NCBI GenBank assembly: GCA_963693365.1
Contig: CAVNZM010000016.1
Coordinates: 3,065,957-3,129,956 of the forward strand
Source: Amoebidium appalachense
Lineage: Eukaryota > Protista > Ichthyosporea
Direction of reading: 5' to 3'
Length of the DNA stretch: 64,000 nt
Positions within the stretch are counted from its first letter, which is position 1, and every line of letters begins with the position of its first letter. Positions 63,975 to 64,000 of the stretch are shown here, in pieces. The position numbers were made by a program, and so were the translations under genes. The notes under the pieces were generated by a model. That model had not been told where the DNA came from and made no database searches. It saw nothing but the letters and a program-made list of their open reading frames with translations.

Positions 63975-64000
63975 GTAAACTACCCAACCCACCCACCCAC

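Overview
Eukaryotic nuclear DNA, intron-rich and extremely rich in microsatellites and homopolymers ((CA/GT)n, (GA)n, long C/G runs). By inference it is an opisthokont protist, possibly ichthyosporean-like. Almost all ORFs in the supplied track are repeat artefacts. Real genes reconstructed by hand from GT-AG exon chains are: the last exon of an unknown gene (2-94, +); an intronless GNAT acetyltransferase (4638-5327, +) and its pseudogenised tandem copy (10149-10813); a 5-exon PRDX5-type peroxiredoxin with two start codons (18997-21345, +); a secreted standalone I9 peptidase-inhibitor-like protein (22567-22887, -); a 16-exon Ataxin-2/Pbp1 homologue (27871-41725, +); an 11-exon Rtt106-like histone chaperone (43651-53281, -); and, head-to-head with it, the first 21 exons of a Mad3/Bub1 (MADBUB) checkpoint gene (54144 to beyond the window, +). 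Mobile DNA includes a hAT-like MITE with an 8-bp TSD, a nested MITE pair, and a LINE 3' relic ending in (CA)n. The most novel-looking item is a structured ~300-bp repeat family that always sits between poly-C tracts in Ataxin-2 introns, with a shared 3' end and variable 5' truncation. Three genes carry apparent +1 frameshifts in C/G homopolymers, probably sequencing errors.
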